Shown piece by piece: positions 26,001-38,312 of a DNA stretch of 64,000 nucleotides; within the stretch, counting starts at the first letter, position 1, and each line of letters starts with the position of its first letter. A program made the position numbers and the translations under genes. The stretch spans positions 1 through 64,000 of the forward strand of contig QPMI01000499.1 of assembly GCA_004431415.1 (NCBI GenBank). Reading direction: 5' to 3'. The notes beneath the pieces are model-generated. The model did no database searches and was not told where the DNA came from. It was given only the letters and a program-made list of their open reading frames with translations. Source of the DNA: Cyanophora paradoxa CCMP329 (taxonomy: Eukaryota; Plantae; Glaucophyta).

Positions 26001-28752
26001 ATCTGAAGGACAAGAGTCAAGGAGAGTGGGGCGGGGGGCGGGGAGGAGGGGGCGCGCTGGCGCGCTGGCGCGCTGGCGCGCGCGCCTGGTGGAAGGTGTG
26101 GTTGTAGAGGGCGCCGCCGAGGGCCCGCTCGTGGCTCTTCGTCCCGTGCTCGTTCTCGTCCCGCCGCTGCATCGGCAGCACGTGCAGCCGCGTCGTCGCC
26201 GTCACCAGCGACGAGTGCTTGAAGTCGTACCTAAAAATAGGAGGAGTGTTTGTATGAAAGGGGTACGAGAAAGGGGGAGGGGGGGGCGGACAGGCAGGCG
26301 GAGATGCGGTTCTCGGGCCGGTGCTTCTCCTTGTCCACGATTGTCTGAAGGCACCGGTGGTTCCGCACGTCCCACACCTGCCGCTCGCCTCAGGAGGCTG
26401 ATGGGGGAGTGGGGGGGAGGGGAGGGGGTACGCGTGCCTTGATGACCTTGTCGACGGAGAGCGAGATGAGCTGGTTGTGCCAGTCGTTCACGATGACCTG
26501 CTCCCGCCTGGACGTTAGGCCCAAGGGTACGCACAGAAGCTCCGGGGGGTACGGGGTTCTGCGGGCCTCCTGGACGCTGGCGTTGTGTCCGTGGAGCGTC
26601 GCGACGGCCTTGCTCGTGTACGGGTTCCAGAGGACGATGTGCCGCTCCAGCCCGCACGACGCGAAGAACTGCACGGGGGTACGCGTTGAGGCGCGGGAGT
26701 ACAAGCTGAGGGGGGGGGGGGGGGGGGGGGCTGAGGGACCTTGTACGTCCTGCACCAGTCGAAGGAGTAGACGCCCTGCGGGGCACGGCGGCTCGAACAC
26801 AAGATGAGGGGGGGGGGGGGCTTCAGGGGTAGGGTACGGGGCGCGCCTTGGAGTGGCCCTCGAGGGTCACCTTTAGCTGCTTCTTCTCCACGTCTCCGAC
26901 CTGGGGATACGGCGATCAGAAAGAAACAGAGGAGGGGTACAAGTTTTTAGGATGGGGATACCTTGATTGTGTTGTCCAGGGAGCTGGAGACGAGGGACGC
27001 CATCTCCGGCACGTACCGGACCTGCCGGGGGGTACGCGGTTCGGAGGGCGTCGGGGTACACGGCAGGGGGGAGGGTGGAGGAAGGAAAAGGAACGGGGCC
27101 CGCCTTTGTGACCCAATCCTTGTGCGTCTTTTGCTGCGAGCGGGGGTAAGGGAAGGTCGGACGGGGGTACGGGTACGGCTCGCCTTGAAGAGCTTGGTGC
27201 CCTCGAGGACCCCGTCGTACATGTGGTACACGTGCAGGTACCTGCCGCGCCGCCCCGGTCGTGAGCTGCGCCCCGCACGACGTACCCCACTGAGGACGGA
27301 TCCGCGTACCCCGCGTCGTCTCCGAACGCGAGCATGTCGCGCTCCTTCGCGGGCCAGTACCCCAGGCAGAGCGGCGCGTTGTCCAGGTCGCTGTGCGCCG
27401 GGCGGATAGGATCAGCGCGCAGCGGGCGGGAGGGAGGGTACAGCGCGCGTAGTTCGCACCGGATGCGGCCGACGCATTCCATCGAAGCGGCGTCGTAGAA
27501 CGAAATGGAGCGGTCTGGCGCAAGAAGTGCTTGAGCGGGGTACGACAGAGAGCGGGGGGGTACGAGGCTCGCCGATGGAGGCGACGGCGAGCTTGTTGCA
27601 GAGGGTCATATGAGCGCAGTCGGTGATCCAGGAGGGGCCCTTGGCCTGCGGGTCGTTGGGCCGCGTCGGCGGGTCGTTCCGCACGGTCTTCATGTGCGCC
27701 AGCGTCGTGGCGTTCCAGATCCGCAGCGTCCCGTCCCGGCTGCCCTCGGCTCAGCTCGGCTAAGCTAAGCACGGCTGAGCCGCGCTCGGCCGCGCCCCGC
27801 TAAGCACCTCGTCGTGATGTACTTGTCGGAGTTGGGGAGGAAGAGGACCCGGTCGATCATGTCCTGCAGGGCAGGGGCGCAAGTCAGCTTCTGTCCGGGG
27901 AGCCAAAGCCATCCTATCCTTCTTCTATCCTAAGATACCTTGTGGTAGACGCCGTCGGCGCCCCCGTCGCCCTCGTCGGTCTCCACGTACTCGTTCTGGA
28001 GAGGGGCGGGGAGGGGCGGGGCGGGGCGGGGCGGCCTGAGCGCGCGGGCGGGCGCGGGGGATCAAATCATATGCGCACGTTGACGCCCTCACGGAGGGTG
28101 GCGGTGCCCTGCGACTCGAGGAGCATGAAAGTGGAGAACTCGTCCCAGTCGACGCCGCCGTCGCTGTTCGCGTCGATCTTCATGAAGAGGTGCTGCAGCT
28201 GCTCCGGCGTCATGTTCTTCCCTATCACGCCCCCGAACGCCTCGATGAACTGCGCACGCACGCACGCGGCGGCGCGCCTCAGCGGGGCGTGCGTGCGGGG
28301 AGAGAGAGGGCGCTCGGGCCGGCGGCGGGCGGGCGGGCGGGCGGGCCTCCTCCATGTCGAGCGAGCCGCCGCCGTCCACGTCCGCGCGGTCGAAGATCTC
28401 CTTCAGCTCCATGAGCGTGCTCAGGTTGATGGCGTCCTCCGAGTCGTTGCCCGTGTCCCTGCGTGCCCCGCGCTCGTGGGTTGCCGTTGCCGTGCGGGCC
28501 CAGGCGCAGCGATAGACGGAGCAGAGGACAGCAGAGGTTCTTGTGCTTACCCGGGCTTCTTTCTCCTCGCGCCGCCGCTCGACGTGGTCGCGCGCCCTGT
28601 CGGCGCAGCCGCAGCGGCCGCCGCATCGCCCTCGGGGTTGAGAGCGGTCTGTAGACGGCAGAGGTCAGATGAGAAGCACCACCTTAGCTCGGGCGAGGGC
28701 CTGGGCGCCCTACGAGGCTGAGCGGGTTCAGTTTTGAGCGCACCAGCGGCAT
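23069..28752 (-). CDS. EF-hand + WD40 repeat protein (WDR49/WDY/EFCAB8-like)
   Basis: Two EF-hands (FDRADVDGGGSLDMEE, FMKIDANSDGGVDWDEF) followed by many WD repeats (SRDGTLRIWN, SLDNTIKVGD, SVDKVIKVWD, ADESGAVCVWD, SYDGRILVWN, GADGVLRSWN). Start codon approximate. Confidence 0.88.
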
Positions 28753-29352
28753 TCGGCTAGGGCCGGCGGAAGATTAGCTGACGCTCACTACGGGGCTGCG
28801 TGCTCAATCTGAAGCTGCTAGCTAAAGCTTTCGAATCAGCTGCAGGAAGTTGTGCTGGTCGAGGCGCTGTACCCCAGGCCACCGGACTTGCGCTGATCGA
28901 CTCCAGATCTGAGTGCCACCGCACGCGTGGCTGTGTGACAGCCCCGCGCGTGCGGGCCCCAACGCACGACCCCCCTCACGAGCTGACACCATCAAAAGAC
29001 GAACTCGACTGTTCTCAATTCGATGAAACAAGAAAACTGCCTCTGCGCAATTGAAACCTGCAGCTGAAAGAAAACTACGGAAAACCTGAGCTACCTACCC
29101 CAGCCCCCAGACTCCAAACTAAGAGTCGGCCAAAACTCAGCTGACTCTCACAAGCCCCCTGAGCGCAGGACGAGCCGAACGGGGGGGCGCACTGCCGCCT
29201 CGCAGGGCGAGGGGTGGGGCTCTAACGACATGAAAAGACGGGCAACTGCATAGAGATCCTACCGACTTGCGGCCGTATAAAAAAGGAATAGACCTCGGGC
29301 TGGCGGGCGGAAAGGAGAGGAGAGGAAGGAAAGGGTTCGAGGTAGGAGGCGG

Positions 29353-31164
29353 CTACAGCTCGTAGAACATGGCGGAGACGGAGCTGCCTTCGTGGACGCG
29401 CAGGATGGTCTCGCCCAGGAGCGGCGCCACGGAGAGGACCTTCAGCTGCTCGAAGCGCTTCTCCTCGGGCATCGGGATGGTGTTCGTCACTGCGCAGGGA
29501 AGGAGATCCAAGGTGAGAAAGGAAGGGGGAAAGGAAGGTAGAGCAGAGGAGGAGGCGAGGCGCACCGATGACCTCCTCGAAGCAGCCGGAGGAGAGGCGC
29601 TCGGTGGCGGGAGGGGAGAAGACGGCGTGCGTGGCGCAGGCGTAGACCTCCTTGGCGCCGCGGGAGCGCAGGAAGTTGGCCGCGTTGCAGATGGTGCCCG
29701 CCGTGTCGATCATGTCGTCGACGAGGACGCACGTCTTGCCCTGCACCTCCCCGATGAGGTTCACCACCTCGCACTGGTTCGGCGCCGGCCGCCGCTTGTC
29801 CACGATGGCGAGCTGGAGCCCGCCGAGCTCCTTGGCGAAGGCGCGCGCGCGGGCGACGCCGCCGATGTCGGGAGAGACGACCACAAGGTTGTTGCCGAGG
29901 TTCTTGCCGCGCAGGTAGTCGAGGAGCACGGGGCTCGCGTACACGTGGTCCAGCGGGATGTCGAAGTAGCCCTGCGTCTGGAGCGAGTGGAGGTCCATAG
30001 CCACGACGCGGTCCACGCCCGAGGCCGTCAGCAGGTTCGCCACCAGCTTCGCCGTGATCGACTCGCGCGCCTGCGACGCCTTGTCCGCCGGCAGCAGCTT
30101 GTCCGCGCTGCACGCCGCGTGCACGTGAGCCACGGCGCGGGACGGGACGGCCGGGCGGGAGGAGGGGGCGCCCGCGACGAACCGGGAATAGCCGAAGTAG
30201 GGGATGACGGCAGTGATCTTGGCAGCCGACGCGCGGCGTGCGGCGTCAATCATAATCATAAGCTCCATCACGCGATCGTTGACGGGGCAGCAGGTCGGCT
30301 GCGCGCGGGGGCGGGCCCAACGTCGGTGACGGGTCGCGTGCCCGGCCAACGTGACGCGCGGCGGCGGCGGTCAGCTCACCTGGATGATGAAGACGTCGCA
30401 ACCGCGCACGGACTCGTCAATGCGGACGTAGCACTCGCCGTCTGTCGAGCAAGGGACAAGCCAAGTAAGCACAGCGAAGAGCCGTCAAGCCTGGCGGCCG
30501 GGCCTGGGCCCACCGGCGAAGCGCTTGTGCTGACACCTTCCGAGAGACGTCCCCATGTAGTTGGCGGTCTCCTCGGCGAGGGCTGGGTTGCCCTGTGCAC
30601 GGGATCAGTGGCGAGCGCGACGAACTCGAGTTCGGGCCCCCGGGGGTTGCGGGCGGTGGATCCCTTATACGATAGAGAAAGAAGAAACACGTGGAATAGG
30701 GGTGAGCAGCTCACCGGCCCCGAAAAAATCTTAAGGCGGGCTGCATCAACGATCTGGGGGACTGGCAGAGGGGCGGGCCGGGGAGCGAGATCCTCGTCCT
30801 CGAGGAGCGTTGAACGAGCAACGGGGAAGAGAGTGCGGGAGCGGGGAAAGCGCGGGGTGAAGACGGGGTCCGTCACGCTCGGGGCGGCTTCGGCGGAGGC
30901 TGGGTGGCTAAGCGGCTGGGAGCTCTCTGAAGTCGGAGTGGGGCGCAGAGAACGATCTCGCCCAAGGAAGACGCGCTCGCTGCTGTTGAAAAACTTGCGT
31001 TGCCGGATCGTGTCCCGGGGGCGGCTGCTCTCGGCCGCGATCGCCGACGGTACGCTATGGGTAACTCCGACCTTCTCTGCTGGCGCGACCGCCGCGGCGC
31101 TGCGCGGGGACGAAACTCCGACCCGCGCACACGCCGCCGAAACAACAGCCGCCGAGAAGGCCAT
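29353..31164 (-). CDS. PRS: Ribose-phosphate pyrophosphokinase (class I), probably plastid-targeted
   Basis: [74 protein letters not shown]-terminal Ser/Ala/Arg-rich extension starting MAFSAAVV. Confidence 0.96.
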
Positions 31165-31445
31165 TTCAGGCAACCCGAGTGATTCCTGACGCTGGCACAG
31201 CCTTTGCCGCCTGTCGGCGTGAACAGACAAGCACAGCTGAAACTCTGGCACACTGTACCCCGTCAAGCAACCGCTGCGCCGAAAAGAGCGCCTCGAGGCT
31301 CGCGCCGAACCAGCAGCAGCCCAGCCTGTTGCTCTGCGATTCAGCGCGAAGAAGAAGAAGAAGCTGTTCGACGCGACCTGCAGGCTGCAGCCGCTAGTGC
31401 ACGAGCGACGAATCGAATCGAATAGGCGACGCACGAACGGGGAGT

Positions 31446-32676
31446 ATGGCGCAGTACGGGAGCTCAACGTATTGGGATGAGCGTTACATGAAGGAAGCGC
31501 AGAGTTATTTCGACTGGTGAGCAGGCGGCGCGTCGATCTAGGCGGCTCATCTAGGCGGCCACCTCTGGCCGATCGTGGCGGCGCATCTGTGCTTCCAGGT
31601 TTAGCATTAACTTCGCACTTAGCTATCCGCTTGTATTTGTCGTCGCGCCGCCCCGCTAGGCGGGGCATCGACGCATTTGAGCGGCACTGCCCGCGTCTCT
31701 GGTCGCGCGGCGCTGACACTCATGATCACGGCCGCTACTTGAAGGTATCAAAAATGGAGTGGTGTGTCTTCCATGCTGCAGGTGTACGTCAGGCCTAGCG
31801 ATTCCATCTTGATGGTAGGGTGCGTCGGCCGGTCTCGCTCCGCTGGCCTTTCCGCTGACACGCGCGCGCGCAGGTGCGGGAACTCGAAGATGAGCGAGGA
31901 CATGTACGAGGATGGCTACAAGGACATCACGAACGTCGACATCAGCCCCATCGTCATCGACGCGATGCGGCGCGCGAACGCGGAGCGTTCAATGCACTGG
32001 CACACGATGGACATCAGGCAGCTGCCGGCCGACTGGGCTGGCAAGTTTGACGTCGTGATTGACAAGGTACTGCCCCGCCCCGCCCCGCCCCGCCCCGCCC
32101 CGCGCTCGGCCCGCTGAGCGGCGCCGGCAGGGTACGATGGACGCGCTTCTGTGCGGGGAGGGCTCGACGGCGAACGTGCTCGCGATGTGCCAGAACATCT
32201 CCCGCGTCCTCAAGCCCGGCGGCGTCTTCGTTATGATCAGCTACGGCGCCCCGGACCACCGCCTCTGCTACCTCGAGAACCGCGAGGTTCGCCCGTACCC
32301 CCCGCGTCCCGCTTCGCCCCGCTTCGCCGCCCCGTTTTCCGTTCTTGATGCTCCGCCGCGCAGTTCGGGTGGGGCATCAAGGCGAGCGCCGTCCTCCCCC
32401 GCACCCCCCCCCCCCCCCCCCCATCTGTCGCTCTCTCGCTGACGGCCCTTACCCCTCCCCCCTCCCCCCCCTCTACCAGGTCCACACCATCGGTGCGCCC
32501 GCCGTTCCCCGGCTGCCTTTCCGCCCCCTCACGCCCGCCCTATAGCCAAAAATCTCCCCAAGTACACCACTATTGACGCGGATGATGAGGAGTCGAGTAA
32601 CGTGCACTATATTTATGCCTGCACGAAGTTCGGCGTCAAGCCGGCGGCCGTAGAGCCGACCGCCGCCGCGGGGTAG
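31446..32676 (+). CDS. SAM-dependent methyltransferase, EEF1AKMT4/METTL13-like
   Basis: [79 protein letters not shown]. Confidence 0.9.
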
Positions 32677-32926
32677 ATCGGAGCCGTCCGGCTGTGCGCC
32701 CTAGAACCCGCTCCCGCTCCCCTCCCGCGCCCCCACTCCCCTCGAGCCGACGCTGTACCCTCGTTTCCTGCAGAGACGAACGACGGGCCGGCCAAGCACT
32801 GGGTCTACTGCTCGAGCACCAGATACAAGAAGCAGGACCTCTGGCAGTAACTTCAGTTGCAGCAAGGCGGCAAGTCGCACGTTAAGCTTATCGATATCGA
32901 TTTCAGCATTAGTTTACAATAGCACT

Positions 32927-35489
32927 CTAACGATTCATTTTACATCGCTCCGTCTCTCCCTCGTTCGGCTTCTCTCCATCAGATGACCGGGCGACCCCAT
33001 CCGGTCTCCTCCCGCGTCGCCCTTGTACCTGTACCCCCATCCGCTTCAGTCGAAGCGAATCGAAGTGGGGCGAATCGCCCCTCTCGCACGCGCCTTTGCC
33101 GGGCTGCGCGTCGCCGGTGGCCGGGCGGGCGACGGCGCCGGCGCCAGCCCAGTGGGAGGTCCGCACGACGGCGCCGAGCGGGAGGCGGGAGCGGAGCCGC
33201 TCGGCGGCGGCGGGGGTCACCCGCGTGCACTCCCGCACGTCGACGCAGGCGAGGGGCGGACCCAAAGCGTCCACCCCCGCGTCCGTGAGGCGCACGCCCG
33301 CCGCGTTGAGGAGGCGGAGGCGCGGCAGGGCGCCCGCCGCGGCCGCCACGCCGCCGTCCGTCAGAAGGCGGCAGCTGCTCACCTCCAGCTCCTCCAGCTC
33401 CTACTCGCGTACCCCCAAGTCAGCTGCAGTCAGCCCAGGCTTGCCCTGGCCTCGATCCTCCTCTTCGAAACGGACGCACGGGGCAGCCGCGGGCGACGGC
33501 AGCGAGTCCCTCGTCGGAGAGCTCGCCCACGAAGGAAAGGACGAGCCGCCGGAGCCGCCGGCACCGCGCCACGGCCCCCGCCGCCTCGTCCGTCAGCCGC
33601 GCGCAGCTGCGTGCGCACGGAGCTCGGGGGGTACGCGATTACGCGGGGGTACGGCGTTCGCGCCTGTAGAGGTTCAGGCGCTCGAGGGAATCGGCGAGGG
33701 GCTCGATCCCCGCGGCCAGGGCGCCGTCGCTCAGCAGCCGGATGTTCGAGAGGTCCAGGTCCTGGGGGGGATGGGGAACGCGCGCGGGCGATGAGTGGGA
33801 AGAAACCGAACGGGGGTACGTCTTCACGCGCACGGTAACGGAGCGGAGGCCGGAGCCCAGGGCCTGCGCGGGGAGTGGGCGGGGCGGGGCGGGGCGGGCG
33901 GGGCGGGTCAGGGATGGGTACAGAGAACGAGAAACGAAAGAGCGGCGCACCCGGACCGACTCGTCGGTGAGGCGGCAGCAGAAGCCGATGCGAAGCGAGC
34001 GGACGTTGGGGCACTGTGGCGCCGTCGCGCGGTCTCAGTGGAAGCTAAGAGAAGAGTCCGCGGGGGCCGGGTCGGGGCGGGGCGGGGCCCGGGCGGGCCT
34101 TGTCGGCGATGCAGCGGGGACCGTTGTCGGAGACCTTCTCGCAGCGGAGGATGTCGAGCTCGGCAAGGCGGGGGCCCACCAGCATCGCCACGTGCAGCAG
34201 CGCCCTGCAAAGGGACTTCAGGGCGAGGCGGCGGGCGGACCGGGCCGGAGGGGGGCGCACCGGCTGGTGAGCTCGCGGCAGCCGGCCATGCGGACCGTGT
34301 GCAGGGACTTGCAGCGCTGCCCCAGCTGGAGGACGTCCGATCGGCTGGCAGCTGGAGGGGTGGGGGGTACGCGCTCACCGCCTGGACGCCCGTGTCCGTG
34401 AAGTTATCATTCCTGCCGGCCCGTCAACTTAACTTCGGGGGCTAGATTTCGGCGCGGGGCCCGGCATGCACCAGCCGATGTCGATCTCCTCGATGTCGGG
34501 GCAGCAGACGGCGGCCTGCCGGCGGGGGTACGAGGTGAAGGTCCGAGAGGGGGGTACGAGACGCGACTCACTGCGCCGAGGGACTGGTCGGTGAGCTTCG
34601 GGATGTTGTGCAGGGAGAGGGAGCGAAGGGCGGGGCAGGCCTTCAGGAGGGGTATCGCGCCGGCGTCCGAGACCATGCGGCAGCCGGCGAGCGAGAGGCG
34701 CCGCAGCGGCGGCGGCGCGGCCGAGAGGTCCTTCAGCAGCGCGTCCGTCACCTGCGCCGCGCGGGTTCGAATCCGGAAGGGAGGGACTTTCGGCGCGGCG
34801 GGCCTGGCACTCGTCCAGGATCAAATCCTGCAGGTCGGAGGCCGTCTGGAGGACGTAGGAGAGCGACTTGGGAGTTACGGCGCGCAGGCCCGCCAGAGAG
34901 AGCTCCTGCGAAGGGTCCGTTCAGGGGGCGGCCGCAGCGGGCAAGCGCGCGGCGGGCCGCGCCTCGAGGCACACGCAGTTGCGCAGGGCGAAAACGCCAG
35001 CATCTGCGGGGGCGATTCAGAGGGCGGACGCAACTAGTTCGTATTCAAATGTACGCGCCCGTCACTTCCGCGGCGCCGTCCAGGCGCAGCCGCTTGAGCG
35101 CGGGGCCCAGCGCACGCCCCAACGCCATCACAGCGGCGTCGCCAATCTGCGGGCAGTCCCTCAGCTCGATGTCCTCCAGCTGCTGCGCCGTCTCCACGAG
35201 GTGCTCGACGTCTGGGTTAAGGAGCTCCCGCGCGCCGGACAGGTCCACGGCGGTGAGCGTCGGGCATGCCACGAGCGCATCCAGAATGGGGCGGACCTGC
35301 GCGTACGCATCCAGAGCTATTAAGCGCCAGCGACGCGTACGCATCACAAACCTCGTATGGGAAGTCCCGCTCGAGGGCCGCGCGCTGGCCGTCGACGAGC
35401 AGCGCCTCGGCCTCTTCTCGCGTCCAGGCGCGGGCTTCAAAACGAATTACGCCGCCCGTCGCCATGTCGAAGCTGCACGAAGCCGCCAT
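32927..35489 (-). CDS. Cys-containing LRR (RNI-like, FBXL/AMN1-type) protein
   Basis: Repeats such as LEDIELRDCPQIGDAAV, LRRLSLAGCRMVSDAG, CPALRSLSLHNIPKLTDQSL and LDILRCEKVSDNG. Ends approximate. Confidence 0.82.
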
Positions 35490-35790
35490 ATGAACGACGG
35501 CGCCTTGCTGGCTGCAGTGCCGCTTCCGTTGGAGCTTGTTCGATGCTCCAAACTCAGCTAAATTAGCTGCTGCTGCTTCAATCAGCGGCGCTTGAAGCGC
35601 TTGTGAGGGGTACAGGACTTCAACGAGCTCCGACCCGAAGCCGGACCTGGCAGGCGTGGGGGGCGAGCAGAGAGATTGGGTGACGTCGTGGTCGTGGCGC
35701 CTTTAGCGTGCGATGTGCCCCGAACTATTGCGCGGTCACGTCGCGGAAGTTTCGATGCTGTGATGTCCCCTGATCTCTGATCGTGCTTCG

Positions 35791-37858
35791 ATGGAAAAGA
35801 AGGCCGCTGGCGAGAGGCAACACTGCTCCAGCGGCTGCGGCCGGCCCGCGGCCGCCGTCGACCTCCTTGAGGCAGTGGCAGCATCGCGGCGAACCCATGT
35901 CGCCCTCGCTGCGCTGGCAGCTGCAATTTTTATTCTACCCACACTGGTGCGGCTTGCGTCTCGCGAACACCGTGCGCGGCTCGGACCTAACTAACCTCCG
36001 CCTCCATGTACACAGGTCGGCGTTGATGATGGCGGGATCGTGCGGGCTGGCTTCGTGGGCTTGCTCGCGGGAGGACTCGGCGCCCTTCTGCTGCTGCGCT
36101 TCCTGCCCGTCGAGCTCCTCCTCGGGCCGCAGCAGGTCCGCGCGGGAGCTCCTTGTCCCTTGGTGTTGCGAGCCGCTGAGCGGGCGCGCGCAGGCCCAGC
36201 AACGGGCTCGCGCGGGAGCAAGCGATGCGAAATACCGGAACGAGGCGGGCAGGAGAGAGAACGGCGACCCGGCGGGCAAGCCCCCGCGCGCGAAACCTCG
36301 CGACGGGGCGGCGCGCGGCGGGGCGGAGGACGATGCCCGCGCCGCGGAAGGCGGGCGGGAGGTGAAGGGACCCGACGGGAAGCCTGTGGACGAGGACGAG
36401 GCGTGGATCCAGGCGGTTAAGCAGGTCGTCAAGTTCGCGCGCGCCGAGGCCGGCCGCGCGCGCCTCAGCGCGCCCGGCCGCTCGTACAACGCCGCGGAGC
36501 TGCGTGCGGCCGCCGCGAGGGCCGTGGTGGTCGCCGCAAGGGCGGCGGGGCGGGAGGCGCAGGGATTGCCGCCGCCCGCGCCGCCGCCGATCCCGGCGGG
36601 CGGCCTGGTCAACGTGCGCCACCTCAACATGCACGGGGACGTGGCCATCAAGGCCCGCCGCGATCGGGCGCCGCGGGACGGGGGGACCGGCTTAGCGTCC
36701 CCGCCGCTGCCGCCGCCTCCGGGCCCCGTCAACGGCGGCAGCATCGCCGGGACGGAGTCGCCTGGCCGCGCCCCGAGCGAATCGTGCGCGGCGCCAACGC
36801 TTTCGCCCTCTCTATTCGCTCCGCTGCGCGTACGTGCTGACCGGGGAGCCGTCCGGCCGGCCGGCCGCTAGGAGCGACCCGATGTCAGAGCAGCTGCGGG
36901 ATCGCCGCGACAGCGTCGCGTCGTCGGCGGCGAGCGTTGTCGCGCGGGCCCTCTCCCGCCAGTCCTCCTTCACCATGGAGCCCGCGGAGCCTGCTTCGTT
37001 CTCCCAGGTACCCGGCCAGCCATCAGATAGATAGCTGGCTCCCTTGTGCCTGACGTGCTTGCTTGCTTGCGTCTCCCCTCGCAGGCGCGGGTGCGGGCTA
37101 TCCAGCAGGACGTGCACCGCGAGATCGCGACGGCGACGGCGCGGCTCTTCGCGGCGTCCGGCGGCGCCTCGTGCCCCCGCTGCCTCTCCTTCCCCGTCAA
37201 CTACTTTGCGAAGCAGAAGGAGGAGCCGGAGGAGCGCCGCCCCGTGCGGCCCCGCTCCTCCTCCATGCCCTACACGGGGGCCCCCCAGCCACTCGCGTAC
37301 CCCCCCGAGCCCCGCGTGGAAACCGTCGACGAGGCGGACCCCGACTGCTGCGTCGAGGAGGGCGAGTGCGACGGCTGCGATGAAAGCAAGGAGGGCGGCG
37401 AGTGCGGCGGCTGCGGCGAAAGCAAAGAGGGCGGCGAGTGCGACGGCTGCGGCGAAAGCAAGGAGGGCGGAGGGTGCGGCCGCAGACAGGGGCCTGCGCC
37501 CCCCACGCCGATGCACTCCCCCGCCGTGCGGGACCCGGGTACGCGGGCGTTCTTCGGGGACGACTACCCCTCTCCCGGCGCGTCGCGCGTACCCCCGACG
37601 CCCATGCACTCCCCGGCCGTCCCGGAGGGGGGCATCCAGGCCTTCTTTGCCGGCGGCTCGTGCCCTTCCTCTCCCTCCCCCGCACCGCCGAACCCTTCCG
37701 ACGGCGCCGACGCCGCCGCCTCCCCCTCCTCCTCCTCGGGGCTGGCCGGCATAGTTTTGGACCCGGAGGGCGCCGGCGGCCGCGGGGGCCTCTTCGGACG
37801 GCTCGCGCACTCCTGCGCACACGGCCGCCCCTGCGCCGTCCCCGCCCCCGGCGCCTGA
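35791..37858 (+). CDS. Unknown protein with two N-terminal TM helices and a CxxC repeat
   Basis: Exons join through GT-AG introns: ..HVALAALAAAIFILPTL|VGVDDGGIVRAGFVGLLAGGLGALLLLRFLP..Q|AQQRAR.. The last exon has SCPRC and (EGGECxGCxESK)x3. Confidence 0.6.
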
Positions 37859-38312
37859 CCCGGGCCGCCTCTCCTTCTCTCCCCCCGTTCCCCCTCCCGG
37901 GTTTCTTTCAAGCGGGTTTTTCTCATATGCATCCACATCGGATGCCGACTTTTTCGTGTGCCTCTCTGATTGCATCGCCCAATCGATATCATCCTCGATC
38001 CAGTTTTCATGCAGTATACATGTCGCTCCTCTAGTCCTCGATATATTGGGTACTGAACTGTAGTTGCACCTGGCGCCTTCAATGTTTCAACGTAGTAGTA
38101 TACTAGTACTATAGCTAGTGTATACCCCCCGCGGAAGTGTATGTGCAAATTAAACGTACATTTACATGCGTATGTACAAGCGGACGCGCGCGTAGGCCGT
38201 CCAAGAGTGTCGACGCCGGATCCGCAGGCGCCGCGGCGGTCGACGTCGATCGCGACGTTGCGGAGCGCGCGCGCGCCGCCAGGCGCCGGCCGCGTCCGCG
38301 GGGGCCCGGGGG

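Noticed and set aside
29369-31189. 606-aa plus-strand ORF
   Set aside because: Antisense shadow of the GC-rich PRS gene.
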